Notes under the pieces: generated by a model
Database searches by the model: none
Told to the model about the DNA's origin: nothing
Seen by the model: only the letters and a program-made list of their open reading frames with translations
Made by a program: the position numbers and the translations under genes
Assembly: GCF_006345805.1 (NCBI RefSeq)
Contig: NW_021834948.1
Coordinates: forward strand, 1-43,833
DNA: 43,833 nucleotides
Direction of reading: 5' to 3'
DNA from: Octopus sinensis
Lineage: Eukaryota
Shown here: piece after piece, positions 24,516 to 36,381 of the stretch
Numbering within the stretch: the first letter of the stretch is position 1
Layout of the letters: each line of letters opens with the position of its first letter

Positions 24516-24990
24516 TATTTGCATATACATATCCATAATATCCATAATATACATATATTTGTATATTCATTAATAATTCATATCGATAATCATTCATATT
24601 GTTAATAATCCAACATGGTCATCTTAATCCACGTAATCCCTCCTGATCCATTTAATCTCCATAATCCATATATACCACGTAATCTTGAATAATTCTAAAT
24701 TTCCTGTCTTGTTCACTGATATGTATTCCAACATAAAAGAGAGATAAATGTGTTTTCTAACTGCAGTTTATGTGTGTATGTTAGTGGCTCTGGGACTATG
24801 CGTATGGGTGTGTATAATTATTGATATATATGTGTGTGGAGTAGTGCTTTTGTGTGCGTCAGCGTTTTCGTTATATGTATACATGTGTCTCTCAATACGA
24901 AGGTATGTGTATGGTTATATATATAATGCGAATGAGATATGATGTATGTGTATTTGTATGTGTGTGTGTGTGTTATGTACGTATGTGTGT

Positions 24991-25060
24991 GAAGGCGCAT
25001 GGCCCAGTGGTTGGGGAACTGCACTTGCTATCGCTAGATCTTGGATTCGATTCTTCGACG
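24991..25060 (+). mobile_element. SINE family C head only
   Basis: gaaggcgcatggcccagtgg (A-box-like) ... atcgctagatcttggattcgattc (B-box-like). Confidence 0.7.
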
Positions 25061-25080
25061 CGCGAGCTCACACACACACA

Positions 25081-25506
25081 GATGTTTTGCAAACATCTTG
25101 CACCTGCAAGTGCTACCAGTCGAGAACTCTGCATACCGGAAGCAGCCAGTGAGTATATGGGGTCATCAGGAGAACATGCGCGTCCTTTTGTGGCCTACCT
25201 CTCGACAGCATCACTGCGCACCGCCCCCCCCCCTCACTGAAATGAGGCCTCGCTTGCTAGGTCAACTGGTTATCAGATGTAGCTCAATATTCTTCTAACC
25301 TTCACTCATCGCCTCTTTTTAACCAAATCTAGTGGCTTGCTTTTTCCATTGTAGTTTGAATATGGTGGTATTTGCTTCACGATGAGTTTGGCCTAACGAT
25401 GACACCAGTCGCTTCACACTCTGTTCAACGAATCCTCTACATTCGACTTGGAAATTGCTCCATTTTTCCAGCCTGTGTCTTCACCTGCCATGTGATCAAC
25501 CAGTCT
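25081..25506 (-). mobile_element. Hero/NeSL-like RLE non-LTR retrotransposon 3' end (ORF C-terminus plus 3' UTR)
   Basis: Frameshifted minus-strand translation LVD..GWK(MEQFP)VECRGFVEQSVKRLVSSLG...TMEKASH*IWLKRGDE resembles the Hero-clade C-terminus GW....PVEVGCRGF....L..LG....AEKAS.WLWL(K/R)R. 3' end is closed by hairpin gatgttt-tgc-aaacatc next to (CA)n. Confidence 0.7.
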
Positions 25507-25700
25507 GTCTTTCGAATGATGCCACCCCGCTGGCTGGCCGACGTTGCCCATGATCAGAAGGCGAAGCCATCACAGGGTGACCCATTTGCTCATTAACAGC
25601 TGGGTGGACTCAAAAACTGAGTGCGCCACCTATCCAGGATTCGAAACCATGATCTAGCGATCGGGAGAGCAGCTTCCTGAGAACTGAGCCTTGCGTCTTC
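25507..25700 (-). mobile_element. SINE family C, 5' part, joined to Hero-like 3' end
   Basis: Minus strand gaagacgcaaggctcag...gatcgctagatcatggtttcgaatcc...aatgggtcaccctg...gcggggtggcatcattcgaa, homologous to 21364-21580. Confidence 0.75.
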
Positions 25701-25992
25701 ACACACATACGTATACAAAACACACTCATACATATGTATACATGTATGTATATGCATACACATATACGTGTGTATGTATGTGTGCGTATATGAATGTATT
25801 GTGTGTCGTGCTTATGTTCCTGTTTTTAGTAGCGTGTGTATTTGCAAATGTTTGGTTTCTGTGTGTTTGTGTATGTGTTTGTGTGTTTGTATGAGTGTAT
25901 GTGTGTATGCATAGGTTTATGCATTCGTATGCACATCTGTCTTCTCGTGTATGTAATCGTGTCTATATTTGTATGAAGGTCTATCCCTATAC

Positions 25993-26042
<50 letters not shown>

Positions 26043-26104
26043 CATGGATGATGTTTTCGAATTTTGGCTTTAACTTATGATTAGCGTTGTTGTTATTGTG
26101 GTTG

Positions 26105-26205
26105 TTGTTATTGATAAGATTCCAGGTCAGTCAGCATAAATTAAGCAAATCTCTAACTGAAAAACTGTCCAACTATGACCATCCTGCCTATTTTTTCAGA
26201 TAGTG
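26105..26205 (-). mobile_element. Family D repeat tail fragment
   Basis: ccaggtcagtcagc...ccaactatgaccatcc...ttttttcagatagtg adjacent to (TTG)n. Confidence 0.5.
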
Positions 26206-26644
26206 GAGATACGTGAAGCATTTGATGTCGGCGTTGGTGGTGCTGTTTATGGTGGTGATTGTGGTGGTAGTGGTGGGGATAGTGGTCGCGATGGTCATGG
26301 TGGTTGTATTTTTTTTTAATAATGTCGAAGGTGGAGGTGGTGCGAAACTAATAATCTGCCCCAATGTATGATCAAATCCATTCAATATAATCTTCGATGT
26401 TTTTTTCGTAGTAGGAAGTAGTACATTCTGAGAGCTGGAACATTTCATTACATTTACAGAAAGTATGCGTATAAACACATTATAAGGAGAATTTCTTCCC
26501 TGGAGACAACTCACAGCGTAGCGTCTTTCCATGTCCGAATGCAATAGTACATGTTAACTAAGACTCGTACATAATTATATTTCAGTCAACGCTGATAAGT
26601 GTGACTTTAACATTTATGCGTATGTGTGTGTATGTGATTGTATG

Positions 26645-26684
<40 letters not shown>

Positions 26685-27843
26685 TATCTATATGCATATG
26701 TGTATGTGTTTATTCATATGGTCTTTCGTGTTCCTATGACATTAAATACACAACTGCCTACCCACAAGTTATATAAATATTCAAATAAAGTTTGATCATT
26801 TAGTTTCTGTTTTATTAATAGGATTTCTAGCTTCACATCCGTCTTTGTATGAAATACGAAGGTTTGTAACTAGTTACAGACCCCAACACACCCCACGCCC
26901 TTGATATTATAAAGAATTACTAAGAGCCGGATTATCGTGTTTTAAATATTAGCCGGAGGAAGAGACTTTAAACAACAACACCTACAACAACAGTTACATA
27001 CACATTGAACAGACCAATATCACCCTTCTATATTTCATCCGTGTAAATCTTATCAAATATAAAATTGGACATTCGACAACTATACAATACCGGCGGCTTA
27101 TTATGTACTTACTATTTGCTGATGTTGCATTAAATTTCCATAGAGAACGGGGACAAATACTAGATTACAACATTATTGTATTAAATAGAATCCTCCTGCT
27201 ACACCACACACACATATACACGCACGCCACACACACAAACACACACGCACACACACACACACAACACATACACACACACACACAATGACGATTAAAGACA
27301 CACAGAGCACCCACACACAACGACGAAAACAAATATGGGATAATTATTCATGGATTTTTCTTTCAATAAATCCAAGGCATTGATTAGCTGCCAAAAATGA
27401 TGTACGGAAAACACGCTAAACATTTTCAAATAACAGTCATTATCAGTCACATTGCAGTTTTGATAATTCGAGAGAAAAACCCAAGAGACCAGAACTGATC
27501 GCCATAAGAAAACTAACCAAGATTCGGCCCATTATGTGTGTGTGTGTGTGTTTGTCCGTTTAAAAGTATCTCAAATGAATTCTTATGAGAAAGGAGCAGA
27601 ATTCATCCACTAAGAGTCATTAATTTAATAAATGAGAATCTTTCTCTTTCGCCCCTTCTCTTTCACTCTTACTTCAAGTAGTAACGTAAATGTGTAGTAA
27701 CGTACACACACACACATATACACATACACACCCACACCTACAAACATACATACATACTTACAAACATATACATATATATAGACACATACAAATGCGCGTA
27801 TGTACACCCACATACATACGTTTATATGTATACATATATTTCT

Positions 27844-27982
27844 GTATTTCGTCTGTCCTTACGTTCTGAGTTCAAATTCCGCCGTGATCTACTTTGCCTT
27901 TCATTCTTTCGGAGTCGATAAATTAAGTACCTGTAACGTATGTGGTCGATCTAATCGACTGGCACCCACCCACAAAATTTCC
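27844..27982 (+). mobile_element. SINE family A, 5'-truncated
   Basis: ttacgttctgagttcaaattccgcc...ctttgcctttcattctttcggagtcgataaattaagtacc. Confidence 0.9.
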
Positions 27983-29498
27983 CCTTGACCCGTTGCGAAA
28001 AAGCCGCGTATAATGAAGTTCACAGTAAAAGGCAGGAACTCTTGGTTTCACTGCTTAAATCTGTGGGAGCACACCCTAAGAAACTGCGTATCTCAGGAAT
28101 CTGTCGTCCGATTTACGCCACTTTCCTGTTATGCGCCGGTTTGGCCGTATTAAATTACAGACAAGCACGCACGCAAATAAGCAAGCGATCACAGAGTTTT
28201 AGTAGTACATAGATATATCATGTACACATATGCGTGTAAGAATGTATCTATGTATTTATGTGTGTATATGCGTGTATACATGTGTGTATATGTATGAGTG
28301 TATTGTGTCATGTATAATCCGGTATGGTCATATTGCATCTAAGGTGAGCCTTGTAAATAATGAACAAAATATATATTAAAGAAAATATGTAGTTCCACCA
28401 AGGCTGTAGTCAGATTCCGTGTGATATTCAGTTGCAAATCTTTACCTTCTGAGTTCGAACCCCACGGAGGCCAGCTTTGACTCTCCGCTCTTGCAGGGTC
28501 GATGTAACCAACTCACTCACAGTCTCTTCTTTCACTCAAACTGTGGCTTCGTATCCCTTTGTTGTTGTTGTTGTTGTTGCTGCTGCTGTTGCTGCTACTG
28601 CAACTGCTGCTACTACTGCTGCTGCTACTACGGCTGCTGCTGCTACTTCTTAAGACACACGGTTTCTAATTAATCTAGTTATTCTGTAGAAGACCAAACT
28701 ATTATTTTTCTGCTGGTAAAAGTCACTGAGGTTAGAAAGCACTTTTCTTCGCTCACTGATGAGCAGTGATAAGATCGGAACATGTCCGTCGATGACAACT
28801 TACATGCGAACGAGGATTATATTCTTAATCTAAACTAAAAACTGAATTTTCTGAGGAAGGACATCTAACTTATTTGCAATTACCTCCCCTTTACTTCGAA
28901 CATGTCTACCTAACGTCACTAGGTGTTTTGTGCTGCTTTTACAGATCAGATGGACATTAATTCATAAATACACTTTGTGAATGTCATTCTGTCCAACAAA
29001 ACTTATCTGGTTTACGAGTACAATGGTTTGGTGCTCACTCATATCTACTGAAGAGAATACTGCTTATCTGCCTGTTTGTTTGTGTGTGTGTGTTTGCGTG
29101 TATGTGTGTGTGTGTGTGCATGTGTGTGTGTGTGTCCAACGACGTCGTAGAGATAAAGACGGCCATATTCCGTCGTACCGAGTGCTTCGAAGTCATAAAA
29201 GTATCAGAAATCTATGAGATGATATTTTATTATATGAAGAGGACATAATTAAAGAACATAGTACAGAGACGCTCACCGTGTCTGTTGGACACAGAGAGAC
29301 ACAAACACACAAACACACACAAACGCACATACACACACATACACACGCATACATATGTCTACGTGTGTGTGTGTTTGTCTAACAGAAATCAATATTCTGC
29401 CATTACTTCCAGAATATTTTCATGCAAGCTTTATATAATGTCCTCGACAAATATATATAAATAATAGGAGAGAAACTCGGAGTTATAAAACATAATGT

Positions 29499-29551
<53 letters not shown>

Positions 29552-29861
29552 GTTCGTCTGTGTATGCACTTATATACACATATAAATGTTTGTAGAGCTT
29601 AGCCGTTACAATTCATTGGAATCACGGCGCATCAGCTGGTAGGGGGCCAAAAATGGTTAGGTTCGATAACATAAAGCTGAAAGTGAGGTAAACATCACTG
29701 AAGGCATTAAATGTTGGTAGGATAGTGTAGATATGCAAGTATCAAATCCAATTTAAACCATAGATCCGACTGCATACTTTGTCTTTGTTGTGGCGCAGAT
29801 TTAAAAATTAACCACAAATGGAATTTGAAATTCACGACAGCTGTTCCGATAGAATTTTATA

Positions 29862-30032
29862 TACATACATACATACATACATACATACATACATACATAA
29901 AAGCTTGCATACATACATACATACATACATACATACATACACGCATACATACATACATGCATACATACATACATACATACATACATACATACATACATAC
30001 ATACATACATACATACATACATACATACATAC
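29862..30032. repeat. (CATA)n microsatellite
   Basis: Direct reading. Confidence 0.95.
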
Positions 30033-30083
30033 AGGCATTTTAGGTGCTTTCTCATATACGAGCAAAACCATTGCTAGAAAGAA

Positions 30084-30525
30084 TCACTGAAATGCGTCAC
30101 TGGTGATGCAATGTGAGGCGCTTGTGTGACTCTTGTGCCCGGCCAACGATTTGCCCATTCTATTGCTTAATGCACTGCTGTGCTGGCTGGCAGAGGGTGC
30201 CACAGGTGCCACACTACGGATTCTCTTGACACGCCTTTTCAATCCTCCAACTGAGAGGCACACCGTTCCACTTGTTGCATATGTTCTGTTGTGAACAATA
30301 ACCATATCACAATTGACCATGGGCCGATTCCTGTGAGTTCTCTGATGGCTGACCAGGACCGCACCCCTGACGCGCCTCCTCCCACACACCTCTCTTTCTT
30401 TTAAGCCTTCTCTGAATCTTTTCCTGCTTCATTTTCTCTCTCTTTCAAACCTCAAACAACCACGTTGTGGCACTATTGTTCCTCCATCCACCTCGGTCAT
30501 GTGCCCCTCCTCTCCCAATCTACAG
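30084..30525 (-). mobile_element. RTE-clade LINE 3' ORF remnant with two decayed C2H2-like motifs
   Basis: Frameshifted minus-strand translation DWE..AHDRGGWR..QRGCLRFERE..KIQRRLKRK, then CGRRRVRGAVLVSHQRTH and TYATSGTVCLSVGGLKRRVK; matches the RTE C-terminal WE.LA.DR..WR and zinc-finger-like patterns. Confidence 0.75.
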
Positions 30526-31210
30526 CTGTGTGTAATTGTGCATGTATATATATAATATACAGCAACCCCGAGTAGAGGGGACGACACGAACACATAAATA
30601 AAATACGTTCTTTTCTTTTCTAACATAGTCGGTAGTAAGCGGAACAGTAGGGATATGTAAAACTTTTCTAAGTCTTTAGCATGTCTCTCATTCCCGCTTC
30701 TGCTATCCATCTATGGAGTTGCCAGTCTTTGTTAGAAACCAGATATTTCTTTGCCGGACTAATTCTAATAATTACAAAGCAAAATTACGAAAGACACGTA
30801 TGAACACGTATACGTCTATACAACTACACGTCAGTACACTCATAAATACACATATGTATATACACATACCCACACCCTAGCACATACAAATACCTATACA
30901 TATATATACATACATACATACATACATATATATATATATATATGTATACTATAAATATATATACACACACACGCACACGCACACATTCATAGCGACACTA
31001 AGACACTCATATATACATGTGCACGAATGTAGCTCTGTTTCAATATGTGCGTGTGTATGTATGTGTGTGTGTGTGTATGCGTGTGTATGTATGCGTGTGT
31101 GTGTGTGTGTGTGGCCACATGTGAAAAGCCATAATTACGGCCCAATTTGGAAATTGGCATGTTTGATAGTGATTAATTTTTTTCTGTCAGCAATTACGGT
31201 TTGTTGATGG

Positions 31211-31212
<2 letters not shown>

Positions 31213-31272
<60 letters not shown>
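31213..31272. repeat. (CT)n microsatellite
   Basis: Direct reading. Confidence 0.95.
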
Positions 31273-31275
<3 letters not shown>

Positions 31276-31869
31276 CCTCTCTTTCTCTCTCCCTCTCTGC
31301 AAATGCTTCACTATATGACAGTAATAAGACACTTATACTATAGACGCGCTCCTCATTCACCGACAGTTTAGACAATGATCGCTACAATCATCATCATCAT
31401 CATCATCATCATCCTCATCATCATCATCATCAGCATCATCATCATCACAGCAGCAGCAGCATCACCATCACCATCATCATCATTGTCGTCGTCGTCGTCG
31501 TCGTCGTCGTCGTCTTCAGCGCTACGGTCGTGACCATCTTTCCTACGTGCAGCCAGCGACTGCCTTCGTCATCATTGGCATCGCCATCACCATCACAATC
31601 ATCATACCCATCACCACCTTCGACACCACCACCATCACCTACACTACTATCCTTACCACCCTCGTCGTCGCCTCCACAACCACCACTGCCACCGCCATCA
31701 CCATAACATCGCAACGTTTCCTACCATTACAGCGACCACTCTGGGCACCACCATCACCACCACCTCGGAGTCAAAGGTGTATTTTAATTCGTGAGTAAAG
31801 AGTGATGGCCATGGCTAGAGTGCCTCAGGTCATAGATCTGCTCAATCAGGACCAGCCACAAGGATTGAT

Positions 31870-32082
31870 TTAGAAAATACGTGTAGGTTCGTCCTGTAAT
31901 TTGAGGGGAGGGGATAGTCGATTAAATCGATCTCAGTACTTGACTGGTACTTCATTTATCGGCCCCGAAAGGGTGGAAGGCAAAGTGACCTCAGCGAAAT
32001 TTGAACTCAGAACGTAAAGGCAGACGAAATGCCGTGAAGCGTTTCGCCCGGCGTGTTAACGACTCTGCCAGTTCGCCGCCTT
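31870..32082 (-). mobile_element. SINE family A, full length
   Basis: Minus strand aaggcggcgaactggcagagtcgttaac ... ttctgagttcaaatttcgc ... ggccgataaatgaagtaccag. Confidence 0.92.
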
Positions 32083-32129
32083 TAATCCTTTCTAATATAC
32101 GCACATATATCTTTTACCTTCTTCTTGTT

Positions 32130-32537
32130 GCAGTCATCAGGATGCGGCCATGCTGGGGCACCGCCTTGTAGAATTTTAGTCGAACGGCTCGATACCAATA
32201 TTATTATCGATTTGTTTATTTGCATTTTCGTAAGCCCAGTACTTATACTACCGATCTCTTTCGGGGACATAAATACACCAACACCGGTTGTCAAGTGGTG
32301 GTGGTGGTGGAGAAACACAAACACAAGGACACACACACGCACACACACACACATACACACACGGACACGGACACACATACGCGGACACACAGAGGTTTCT
32401 TTCGGGTTCTGTCCATCAAAATGTGGTTTTGATCGACCCGAAGCTATTGTCGAAGACACTTGCCCAAGTTTTTTCTCGGTGGGATCGAACTAGGAACGAC
32501 ACGGCTACAAAGCGAGCATCTTTACTCCAAAGCCATA
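32130..32537 (-). mobile_element. SINE family B, full length, with internal (CA)n
   Basis: gcggccatgctggggcaccgcc tail, acaccggttgtcaag, internal CA tract, gaagacacttgcccaag CORE-like segment, gatcgaact B-box-like segment. Confidence 0.85.
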
Positions 32538-33139
32538 ATGACACTTAAGAGACAGCGACCCAGTAAACGCCATTTTCTTTTTTACGATGGAACAACGGTT
32601 TTATGTCTACCAGTTGCTAGCTCAGAGATGTTAATCCGGTTTCTATTGTGTTGCTAACAATTGGTTGCGGCATTAGAGCAAATAATAACGGCCCTGTTGC
32701 TGCTTGCGGCAGCAGCGGCGGTGGTAGTGATGATGGTGGTAGTGGTGGTGGAGGTGGCGATGGTGGTTGTGTTTTAGCGTCGTAATACAACGAGATATGG
32801 AAATTTTATGATTAACTCCTAATTTGTAGGGAGGATTTAAGTACAAAATACTGATGCACCCTATACCCGGTATTAAATATATAACGAAAATAAACAAAAC
32901 ATACCCAAACCATTCTTAGAAGTTCGAAGGAAAAAGCATCTTAATTTTATGTCATAAAACAGAATGCATCAGCTTTTAACGGCCATGGTTGTATGTCCGC
33001 CATTTTATTGATTCCCAAACCACAAAATAGCTTCAACTACAACAACACTGAAATGAATAAAATATTGAACTGTAAATGAAGACATCTAAGTACAGTTACC
33101 GGGGGCGGGGTAGGGAGGGGTTGGGATAAATCAGGTTAG

Positions 33140-33260
33140 CAAACAGTAGAGTTTTATGTCGTCTGCCGACTTGCTAGAAATAGCAGCCGACGGTTTTTAA
33201 CAAATAAATGGAGGGATTGTCATCAGGACATTGGATTCAGTGTAGTCCTGTGTAAATCGT
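33140..33260 (+). mobile_element. Family D repeat fragment
   Basis: gtcgtctgccgacttgctagaaatagcagcc ... acattggattcagtgtagtcct. Confidence 0.6.
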
Positions 33261-33283
33261 CTTTTTTTTAAATCTTATATCGT

Positions 33284-33865
33284 GTGCTTGTTTCCGTTAC
33301 TAGACTGCGGCCATGCTAGAGCAACGCTTCGAAGAAATTTGAGTCGAATGAATCGATCATTGTACTGATTGCTTTTTGTTGTTGTTGTTGTTGTTGTTTT
33401 TTTACACCAGGTGCATATTATATATTTCTCCTTTGCCGAACTGCTAAGTTACTGCAACATAGGCACACCAATATCAGTTTTCATGCGGTGGTGGGAGACA
33501 AACATACACACACACACATATAGGGGGAGAATTCACAAAAAAAATGACGGAGACAGGTGGTGTAGACAACAAACAGATGTATTAGTAATAACGCTCGGGA
33601 AATGAAAAAAACTTTAACATTTCGAGCCTACGCTCTTCCACAGAAAGAAACAAGGAGAGAAAATAAACAATGTGTAGTGGCTATAAAGATTGTGCCTATA
33701 TATATATACGACAGGATTTTTTCATTTTCCGTCTACGAAATCCACTCACAAGGCTTTGATCGGCGCAAGGCTACAGTAGAGGACACTTGCTCGCCCAAAG
33801 TGCCATGCAGTGGGACTGAACCCGGAACAATGTGGTTGAGAAGCAAGCTTCTAACAACACGCCCA
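33284..33865 (-). mobile_element. SINE family B, full length, interrupted by the hammerhead-bearing repeat
   Basis: 3' half at 33284-33510, insert at about 33520-33690, 5' half at 33708-33865 (ttccgtctacgaaatccactcacaaggc ... gggactgaacccggaac..tggttgagaagcaagctt). Confidence 0.85.
33611..33648 (-). ncRNA. Minimal type I hammerhead-like motif, variant core CUGUGGA
   Basis: Minus strand UCUUU-CUGUGGA-A-GAGC-GUAG-GCUC-GAAA-UG-UU-AAAGU. Confidence 0.4.
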
Positions 33866-33981
33866 GACATACAGACATACACACAGACACACAGACAAGC
33901 AGGCAACAGTCAGACACATTGACACACAGACAGGCAGGTAGGCATACAAACAGACAAAGATACACACACACACACACACAC

Positions 33982-34018
<37 letters not shown>

Positions 34019-34034
34019 GAATGTATATATATAT

Positions 34035-34037
34035 AGT

Positions 34038-34103
<66 letters not shown>

Positions 34104-34118
34104 CAGACAGACACAGAC

Positions 34119-34203
<85 letters not shown>

Positions 34204-34248
34204 CAGATGGATGGATGGATGGATGGATGGATGGATGGATGGATGGAT
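34035..34248. repeat. (GATA)n/(GGAT)n microsatellite
   Basis: Direct reading. Confidence 0.95.
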
Positions 34249-34499
34249 AAGTCTTCGCAGAGAGATAAATCGATCGACTGATTGTTACGTTGAGTGCTTA
34301 TCAGTGTCAAGTCAATTATAGAAGAGTTTATTGCAACCACGAAATCATCAGAAGTGAACCATGGAGATGGGATGAGGGAGGGCAGGGGGTGTAATTGCTA
34401 ATGAGGGAGTGGTGGGAAGGGTGCAGGTTGATTGAGGCGGTGGGGGCGGGGGATAGATTTGGGTGGTGATGGTTGTGTGTTGGGTAGGAGGGAGTTTAA

Positions 34500-34692
34500 G
34501 GAAGAAGAATAAGAATAAGAAGGAGGAGGAGGAGAAGAAGAAGAAGGAGAAGGAGAAGAAGAAGAAGAAGAAAAAAGAAGAAGACGAAGAAAAAGACGAA
34601 GAAAAAGAAATAGAAGAAGAAGAAGAAGAAGAAGAAGAAGAAGAGAAGAAGAAGAAGAAGAAGAAGAAGAAGAAGGAGAAGAAGGAGAAGAA
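34500..34692. repeat. (AAG)n polypurine tract
   Basis: Direct reading. Confidence 0.95.
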
Positions 34693-34714
34693 GTAGTCAA
34701 CCGTAATTGATCAG

Positions 34715-34870
34715 CTGAAGATGAAAGGCATTCCAGTCGTGACCAACTCCTCTGTGCAAGGAATCGAAATCCAGATTCTCCTGTATGTGTCCCCCTGTCG
34801 AGGATGGACGATTAAGTGTGAATTGATAAAGCTCTGGTTGCTATTTCTAGCAACTCCACTGACTACGTGG
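34715..34870 (-). mobile_element. Family D repeat fragment
   Basis: aaaggcattccagtcgtgacca ... tggttgctatttctagca. Confidence 0.55.
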
Positions 34871-35179
34871 ATGTTACTTCGTGAGAAGTTCGTGTTGATG
34901 GTGGTGGTGGTGGTGGTGGTTGTGGTGGTGGTGATGGAGATGGTGGTTGTGGTGGTGGTGGTAAGAATAGTGGATCTAGTGTCTCTTGAAGGGAAATTCA
35001 GCGAAGATGATGGAGGAGGAGGAGTAGGAAGGGGAGTAGGAAGGGGATGATGTAATTTGTCCAATGTCTTCAACAGTCGTTTCAATTTAAGATAATTACC
35101 ACGTCAGTATTTCTCTCTCACGAGGTAGGTAATGAGTTCGTGTCAGGCACGCTGAACATTACTCCGCATCCGCCCTCCT

Positions 35180-35583
35180 CCCACTCCTCCTCCTCCCCCT
35201 CCTCCTCATCCTTCTTCTTCTTCGTTTCCTTCTTCTTCTTCTTCTTCTTATTATTATTATTATATTTTTTTTTTTCTTCTTCTTCTTCAACAGCGCTGCC
35301 ACCAAGACGAAGCCGACCACCACCACCACCAACACCATCAATGCCAACAGCATCAGCAACAACAGCAACAGCACAGCCGTCACTGTCATCATCATTATCA
35401 TCATCATCATTATCATCAACAACATCCATCTCTATCAACATCATCACTATCATTACTATCGCTAGCAATCTCAAGCCGTGGAAGAAGGAGAAGAAGGAGA
35501 AGAAGAAGCAGCAGCAGCAGCAGTAGTAGTAGTAGTGGTGGTGGTGGTGGTGGTGGTGGTGGTGGTGGTGGTGGTTGTAGTAA

Positions 35584-35630
<47 letters not shown>
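35180..35630. repeat. Compound trinucleotide block (TTC, CAT, AAG, CAG, GTG, GTA)
   Basis: Direct reading. Confidence 0.9.
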
Positions 35631-36381
35631 TTTGAGGTGGGAGTCGGTAATCAGAGGTCATTATTTCATTGACGACTTTGAGTTAATGATTTAAATTTCC
35701 AGTCACATGCAATTACTTGTTCGCACACACACACGAACGCCCGCGAGAGCTTTCACCGTCATACACGTGTGTGAGTGTGTGTGTGTATGTGCGTGAGAGT
35801 GTGTGCGTAAGTGTGTGTGTATGAGTGTATGTGTGTGAATGTGTATGTGTGTAGGACATTAAAAATTAAAATGAAGAATTGTACATCTCCAAAATCTTGT
35901 TTATTACAGATTTATATACAATGCGTTCACTCTAAATCTCAGCCCGACACCTGTTTCTGGTGCATAAATAGGCAGCGTATGACATCGAAATGCATTCAGT
36001 TCGGTCAATTGCATTGTACGTATGTACGTATGTACCTATGCATGGATGTATCTGTGTATGTAAGTACATATGCACAGTATACATGTATACATAAATAGAT
36101 ATATATGTGTATGTGAGTGTGCGAAAAGTGTGTGTATGTGTGTACAAATATGGGTGCGTGTACATAAGCAGAGATGTGTTTTCTGTGAGAGAATGGAATT
36201 TTTGTACGGGAAAAAGCGATTTATCGAACATCTAGACTACCAGACTACAGACTAATGGCATGAAACACCAATTTGAAGATATTTATGCGCTTTGAGCGTA
36301 TTTGCGTGTCTGGTTGCTCTAGTCTCTGTGTGTTTGTATGTATATATATATATATATTATATATATATATATACACACAAT

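Noticed and set aside
26200-26370. ttttttcAG followed by IVEIREAFD..., resembling an EF-hand exon
   Set aside because: The acceptor and first codons belong to a family D repeat; the remainder is (GGT)n low complexity with no EF-hand loop.
27985-28212. 75-aa non-repetitive ORF (MTRCEKAAYNEVHSKRQ...)
   Set aside because: Starts at a non-ATG codon in a SINE tail; no recognisable homology or splice signals.
28756-28786. CTGATGAG...GGAACATGTC hammerhead-like text
   Set aside because: GAAA is mutated, stem II does not pair and there is no stem I.
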